A stretch of 64,000 nt of DNA, taken from IMG/VR virus record IMGVR_UViG_3300031687_000001, positions 32,001 to 96,000 of that record. The stretch is one strand, 5' to 3'. The position numbers and the translations under genes were made by a program. Shown one piece after another: positions 59,202 to 64,000 of this stretch. The stretch's first letter is position 1, and each line of letters opens with the position of its first letter. This DNA comes from a virus. The notes under the pieces were generated by a model, which searched no databases, was not told where the DNA came from, and saw only the letters and a program-made list of their open reading frames with translations.

Positions 59202-59756
59202 ATGAATCACCGAGTGCTGCTATTGAATGCAGACGCACAGCCATTGTCTATGCTACCACTGAGTACTATTAGTTGGCAGAACGCAGTAAAGGCACATTTC
59301 CAAAATAAAATAGTAATACTAGATAGTTACGATACTATGTTGCATTCTGCTAATTTTGAAATGCAGATGCCGTCTGTCGTTATATTGAATCGATATCATA
59401 GATTACCTACTGTAGCGAAGTTCTCTCGAAGGAATTTATACATACGAGATCAAAACGAGTGTCAGTATTGTGCTAAGCCGTTTGATAATGAAAAATTAAC
59501 CATCGATCATGTTATTCCAAAATCTCTCGGTGGTGGTACAAGTTGGACAAACTGTGTAGCATCGTGTAAAAAGTGTAATGGTGCGAAGGGTAGTAAATTA
59601 ATGCGACCTATTCGTGAGCCTGTGAAGCCTACATGGCACGCGCTTGCTTATTCTTCTAAGACATTTGGTATTACAGTCCCACGAGTTGAATGGTTAGATT
59701 ATATTAACTGGCCATCAGAGCATGTTAGAATAGAAGAAATGGAAAGTTTTCAATAA
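59202..59756 (+). CDS. HNH endonuclease
   Basis: RDQNECQYC...TIDHVIPKSLGG..SWTNCVASCKKCN. Confidence 0.92.
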   Translation: MNHRVLLLNADAQPLSMLPLSTISWQNAVKAHFQNKIVILDSYDTMLHSANFEMQMPSVVILNRYHRLPTVAKFSRRNLYIRDQNECQYCAKPFDNEKLTIDHVIPKSLGGGTSWTNCVASCKKCNGAKGSKLMRPIREPVKPTWHALAYSSKTFGITVPRVEWLDYINWPSEHVRIEEMESFQ

Positions 59757-59786
59757 AACTTAAATATTCATAGATCATCATGATAT

Positions 59787-59810
59787 AACCGTCTACAAGG
59801 CGGTTTTTTT
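59787..59810 (+). terminator. Intrinsic terminator
   Basis: AACCGTC-TACAA-GGCGGTTTTTTT. Confidence 0.75.
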
Positions 59811-59855
59811 ATGTCTGTCATTAACACGGTAGTTAATTTTTGCATAAATATATGT

Positions 59856-60230
59856 ATGAATAAAATAATCGGTTACACCACAATTGGTGAAAAGAATACA
59901 AGTAAGCAACTATCTGATCTAGATCTTGCTAAACAAGACTTGAGTAATCATTTTTCAATCCGCAAAGGGGAGAAATGGACGAATCCAGAGTTTGGTAGTA
60001 ATTTGCCATACTATGTATTTCAGCCGCTAGATGATATTACAGTTGATTTAATTCAACAGGAAGTATCAATTATTGTGAATTATGACCCACGTTTCAATTT
60101 AAGAAGTGAAATCGTTAGGGTAGAAGAAGATAAACATACGGTGACAGTAATAATAGAATTATTGTATATACCGACAACGACGGCAACCGAACTTGAATTA
60201 AAGTTTGACCGTGAATCAGGCGAGTTATAA
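59856..60230 (+). CDS. gp25: Baseplate wedge gp25-like
   Basis: DLSNHFSIRKGEKWTNPEFGS, YDPR; start likely ATG 59856, downstream of the terminator and late box. Confidence 0.88.
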   Translation: MNKIIGYTTIGEKNTSKQLSDLDLAKQDLSNHFSIRKGEKWTNPEFGSNLPYYVFQPLDDITVDLIQQEVSIIVNYDPRFNLRSEIVRVEEDKHTVTVIIELLYIPTTTATELELKFDRESGEL

Positions 60231-60233
60231 ATT

Positions 60234-63200
60234 ATGACACAATCAGTAAGACAATCAAAGTTATTTGCAGCGGAAGATTATACCGTTGTGTATGATTCGT
60301 ATATTAATGCGAATTTTCAAGCATACGATTATACTACCATTCGTAGTACGATGGTTGACTATGTACGAGCAAAGTATCCAGAGAATTATAATGACTGGAT
60401 TGAATCAAGTGAATTCGTTGCACTACTAGATCTTATTGCACAGTTCGGACACAACTTAGCATTCCGTGCAGATTTAAATACTCGTAACAACTTCTTGAGT
60501 ACAGCAGTGCGTCAAGATTCTGTATTTAAATTGGCAGAATTCATAGGTTATCAACCGAGACGTAACGTAGCAGCATTCGGTGAATTAAAAGTAGTTAGTG
60601 TAAAAACTAATGAAACTGTAATCGGCAGTGATGGTACTACGTTGGCTGGTAAAGAAATTAGATATGAAAGCACATCCAACATCAATAACCTAGATGATTT
60701 CATTACTGTTATGAATGCGGCATTTGCGAGTGGAAATCAATTCGGTACACCAAGAATTAATGTTGACATTGCTGGTCAGCAAGTTGAATATTATAATTTA
60801 AATGCTACGAATGATCAAATTAAGTTTTCAATTCAAGGAACCGCAGCGGGAGCAAGTTCATCGTTTGACGTGATCAGTTTAGATTACAACGGACAATCTC
60901 GCAGCATGGCAGAAACAACTCCTAATCCAACATCAGCATTTACATTGATATATAAGAATGATGGCAAGGGTGTTAGTAGTAATACATCTGGATTCTTCTG
61001 TGGATTCAAACAGGGCGCATTGCAGTATAAGGATTTTGTAATAGACAATCCTATCAGTAATCTTTCACTTGACATAGATGTTCCAAACGTTAATAATTCA
61101 GATGTATGGGTTCAGTCAATTGACGAAAATGGTACTATAGGAGCAGAATGGACTAAGGTCGATAGTGTTTTTGGTCACAATGAAATCTATAATAATATTC
61201 AGGCAAATGGTGAAATATTCGCAGTAAAGACACGAGCAAATAATCAGATAAGTATTATGTTCACTGATGAGAATTTTGGTACTATCCCAAAGAATATCAT
61301 ACGTGTATGGTATCGTGTAAGTGAGAATATATCTTATACATTGCGTCCAGACGATATATCAAACAAAACTATCAATATTAGTTATAGCGGTGTAGATGGT
61401 AACACGTATACGATGACAGTTGGATTGCAATTAAAATCTTCAGTAGTTAATGCAAGTAGTGCAGAAACAATAGATACAATCAAAACAAACGCACCACGTA
61501 ATTACGTAACACAAGACAGAATGATTACCGCAGACGATTATAATAATTTTTTATTGAATCAAAGCGAGAATATTTTAAAAATAAAAAGCATCAACCGAAC
61601 TCATAGTGGACATAGTCGCTATGCTAAATTATATGATCCAACTGGTACATATTCTAATCTACATTTGTTTGGCACAGACGGTACACTTACACGTTCAACT
61701 GACACTAAAGTAGAACATACTGATGATATTGTTGTCAACAGTGTATTTGAAAATTACATTAAGCCTGCGATACATGATCATGAGTTATTGAATTTGTATT
61801 ACACAGAATTCAAATCTAATTTTGAATTACTAAGAAGTTCATTGCCAGCAAACGATGTTATATTTACGTGGCAGTCAAATGATAAAACTACTGGGTATTT
61901 CAATGACTATCAAAGTGTGATACAAGGGGTTGGTTCTGCTCAAACTCATTACTTAAAATATATCACGATAGGTGCATTAGTTAAATTCACATCAGGCGGT
62001 GAGGAATATTGGGCGAAAGTATCAAGTATATTTGCCAATGGTAGAGGAATAGATGACACACAGGGCGAAGCATCTGGATTAACTATTACTGGTACTGGCG
62101 CGATCGCATTTGATATTGAAATACCAACGGGTGCTTCATTGGATATGATCTATCCATCATTTGCAAAACAATTTACAACAGCAGAAAAAGCAGATATTAT
62201 AGCAAAATTAACTATTGAATCAGCATTCCAATTAAAATATAGATATGAAGCGACACCTGCATATTGGGAAGTAATTACACCAGTAGTTGATACTAGTCCA
62301 TTGGCTTGGTTAATCGACGTGACTCCTGCGATAGTAGGATCAGGTACAACAGTAAATAGTTATGATGTTACTACTCGCATATCTAGATATGAAATAGAAA
62401 CAGATCAAATTGAATTCTCGAATCTAACAAACGAATACAATATCAATGAATTCACTAAAAAACGAAATCGTGACATCATTGAATTATATGATACAACAAC
62501 TGCTACATTTGTTAAATTTTATGTATGGGGATATAATATAGATTCAAATGGATTATATCAATCAAACAAAGTCATCGTTGCGTTATTAGATAGTTCTACT
62601 GATTCACGCGCAGACAATCCAGATGCATATTTTGATATTGCTGGAACGAGTTTAACAACATCCAGTCTGAGATTTGAATGGACACATATTCCAGCAGACA
62701 ATGAAATCGTAGATCCTAGTTTGTCAAACATTATTGATATCTTTACATTGACAAGGGAATATGATAATTCCTTCAAGTCTTGGTTGTTGGAATCACGTTT
62801 ATTTTCTGGTAAGCCACAGCCACCAACTATAGATGAAATAAATAGACAGTTCAACCAATCTAGTTCGGTTGATACAAAGAAAGCAATGAGTGATACCATC
62901 ATCTATAGACCAGTTAAATACAAAGTATTATTTGGTTCAGTAGCAGATCCAGAAGTGAGAGCAAGATTCAATGTTATCAAAGTTCCAGGCGTGAATTTCA
63001 CAGACAATGATATTAAGGCAAAAGTGATTATTGCAATCAATAATTTCTTTGATATAGGTCTTTGGGATTTCGGAGAGACATTCTATTTCACTGAATTGGC
63101 AGCATATGTACATAACGAATTGATCGGTGTTATAAGTTCATTCGTAATAGTACCAGAAAGTTCTACTAGTGTATTTGGTTCATTATTCCAAATAACACCA

Positions 63201-63290
63201 TTGACAGATGAGTTATTCATACCAGACGCGACTGTCGTAGATATCGACATCGTAACTAGCATAACACAAGCAAACATTAAGGCAATTTAA
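60234..63290 (+). CDS. gp6: Baseplate wedge gp6-like, 1018 aa
   Basis: YDYTTIR, ESSEFVALLD, NFLSTA, ETIDTIKTNAP, QDRMITADDY. Confidence 0.88.
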   Translation: MTQSVRQSKLFAAEDYTVVYDSYINANFQAYDYTTIRSTMVDYVRAKYPENYNDWIESSEFVALLDLIAQFGHNLAFRADLNTRNNFLSTAVRQDSVFKLAEFIGYQPRRNVAAFGELKVVSVKTNETVIGSDGTTLAGKEIRYESTSNINNLDDFITVMNAAFASGNQFGTPRINVDIAGQQVEYYNLNATNDQIKFSIQGTAAGASSSFDVISLDYNGQSRSMAETTPNPTSAFTLIYKNDGKGVSSNTSGFFCGFKQGALQYKDFVIDNPISNLSLDIDVPNVNNSDVWVQSIDENGTIGAEWTKVDSVFGHNEIYNNIQANGEIFAVKTRANNQISIMFTDENFGTIPKNIIRVWYRVSENISYTLRPDDISNKTINISYSGVDGNTYTMTVGLQLKSSVVNASSAETIDTIKTNAPRNYVTQDRMITADDYNNFLLNQSENILKIKSINRTHSGHSRYAKLYDPTGTYSNLHLFGTDGTLTRSTDTKVEHTDDIVVNSVFENYIKPAIHDHELLNLYYTEFKSNFELLRSSLPANDVIFTWQSNDKTTGYFNDYQSVIQGVGSAQTHYLKYITIGALVKFTSGGEEYWAKVSSIFANGRGIDDTQGEASGLTITGTGAIAFDIEIPTGASLDMIYPSFAKQFTTAEKADIIAKLTIESAFQLKYRYEATPAYWEVITPVVDTSPLAWLIDVTPAIVGSGTTVNSYDVTTRISRYEIETDQIEFSNLTNEYNINEFTKKRNRDIIELYDTTTATFVKFYVWGYNIDSNGLYQSNKVIVALLDSSTDSRADNPDAYFDIAGTSLTTSSLRFEWTHIPADNEIVDPSLSNIIDIFTLTREYDNSFKSWLLESRLFSGKPQPPTIDEINRQFNQSSSVDTKKAMSDTIIYRPVKYKVLFGSVADPEVRARFNVIKVPGVNFTDNDIKAKVIIAINNFFDIGLWDFGETFYFTELAAYVHNELIGVISSFVIVPESSTSVFGSLFQITPLTDELFIPDATVVDIDIVTSITQANIKAI

Positions 63291-63298
63291 GGTAACAT

Positions 63299-64000
63299 AT
63301 GGAAAATTATAAATCTAATAAACAAGAGCAAGCAGATCCTAAGAAGAGATCTGGTGATTACCCTGTAAATGAAATCAAATCTGTAAATAAGTTACCTACG
63401 CCATTTAAGACAGACCTTAACAAGAAATGGCTAGACGCAACATTTGATCAGATGATATCAAAAGGCGACATGGAAAATGTTGATGCATTTGTAGGCAATA
63501 TGTCTGGTAAGTCACTAATTCGTTATGATGATAATTATTTAAACACAAACAGCACAGCACATCAATTAGAACCTGGAATCATTACTACTGACGAATTAGA
63601 CAATGTTACACATACAATTTCAGTTAGTGATATCGCGAATAGTGTTGCAATGAACTTTGATGAATATAGTTATAATGCAGCATATAACTCTAATGCATAT
63701 GTATATGCGCCGCCTATCAACATAGACAAATTTGTAAATTTTGTTTCTTACTATTGGGCAGCAGAACTCCCAGTGTATGAATCAACCTTTTCGGTTGCTG
63801 GCGACGATAATCCGATAACAACTATCACTGGTGCACCACTAGGAACAATTACAGATAGTGAAAATACTGTTGAGTTGTTCAATGGATTGAAAATAAAATT
63901 CATTGGTTACGATGCTGCTATTGCAGATAATACATATTTAGTGACAGGCGTTGGTACTCGAATTAGTTTTAAATTACTAATAGATTCAACTGGCCAAAAG
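63299..64000 (+). CDS. Large baseplate/structural protein (gp7-like), 5' part; runs off the window end
   Basis: Not in the ORF track; ATG 63299 gives MENYKSNKQ...LPTPFKTDLNKKWLDATFDQMISKG; follows gp6. Confidence 0.65.
   Translation, partial: MENYKSNKQEQADPKKRSGDYPVNEIKSVNKLPTPFKTDLNKKWLDATFDQMISKGDMENVDAFVGNMSGKSLIRYDDNYLNTNSTAHQLEPGIITTDELDNVTHTISVSDIANSVAMNFDEYSYNAAYNSNAYVYAPPINIDKFVNFVSYYWAAELPVYESTFSVAGDDNPITTITGAPLGTITDSENTVELFNGLKIKFIGYDAAIADNTYLVTGVGTRISFKLLIDSTGQK

Noticed and set aside
36279-59855. Longest-ORF starts at 36279, 47053, 47074 and 59811
   Set aside because: Downstream ATGs (36399, 47119, 47035, 59856) fit RBS, promoter position or paralogue alignment better
1-64000. 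Stop-codon reassignment
   Set aside because: Core genes are intact under the standard code, and TAA, TAG and TGA all end genes at sensible positions

Overview
AT-rich segment of a large T4-like (contractile-tailed, probably jumbo) bacteriophage genome, read with the standard genetic code. It carries most of the virion morphogenesis region: tail sheath, neck gp13/gp14, gp15, a ~22-kb array of tail fibre/adhesin genes, major capsid gp23, scaffold gp22, protease gp21, portal gp20, two tape-measure-like paralogues, a gp26-like chaperone and baseplate genes (gp53/gp27/gp5/lysozyme/gp25/gp6/gp7-like). It also encodes gp46/gp47, the late sigma factor gp55, dNMP kinase, a Nudix hydrolase, two glycosyltransferases, GIY-YIG and HNH nucleases and an HxGH nucleotidyltransferase. 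Two promoter classes are visible: consensus sigma70 (TTGACA-N16/17-TATAAT-like) and gp55-type late boxes (TAAATA). The most unusual signals are: (1) four paralogous receptor-binding fibres with a near-identical N-terminus and different tips, each class preceded by its own repeated cis-element (a ~100-nt three-hairpin element with compensatory changes and a Fur-box-like palindrome, or a UAAGAU hexaloop hairpin); (2) a promoter-driven, repeat-led, hairpin-rich ~700-nt non-coding locus directly behind a stand-alone GIY-YIG gene; (3) a probable programmed -1 frameshift at the end of the gp26-like gene; (4) two tape-measure paralogues of identical predicted length. All product calls come from motif recognition and synteny, not database searches.
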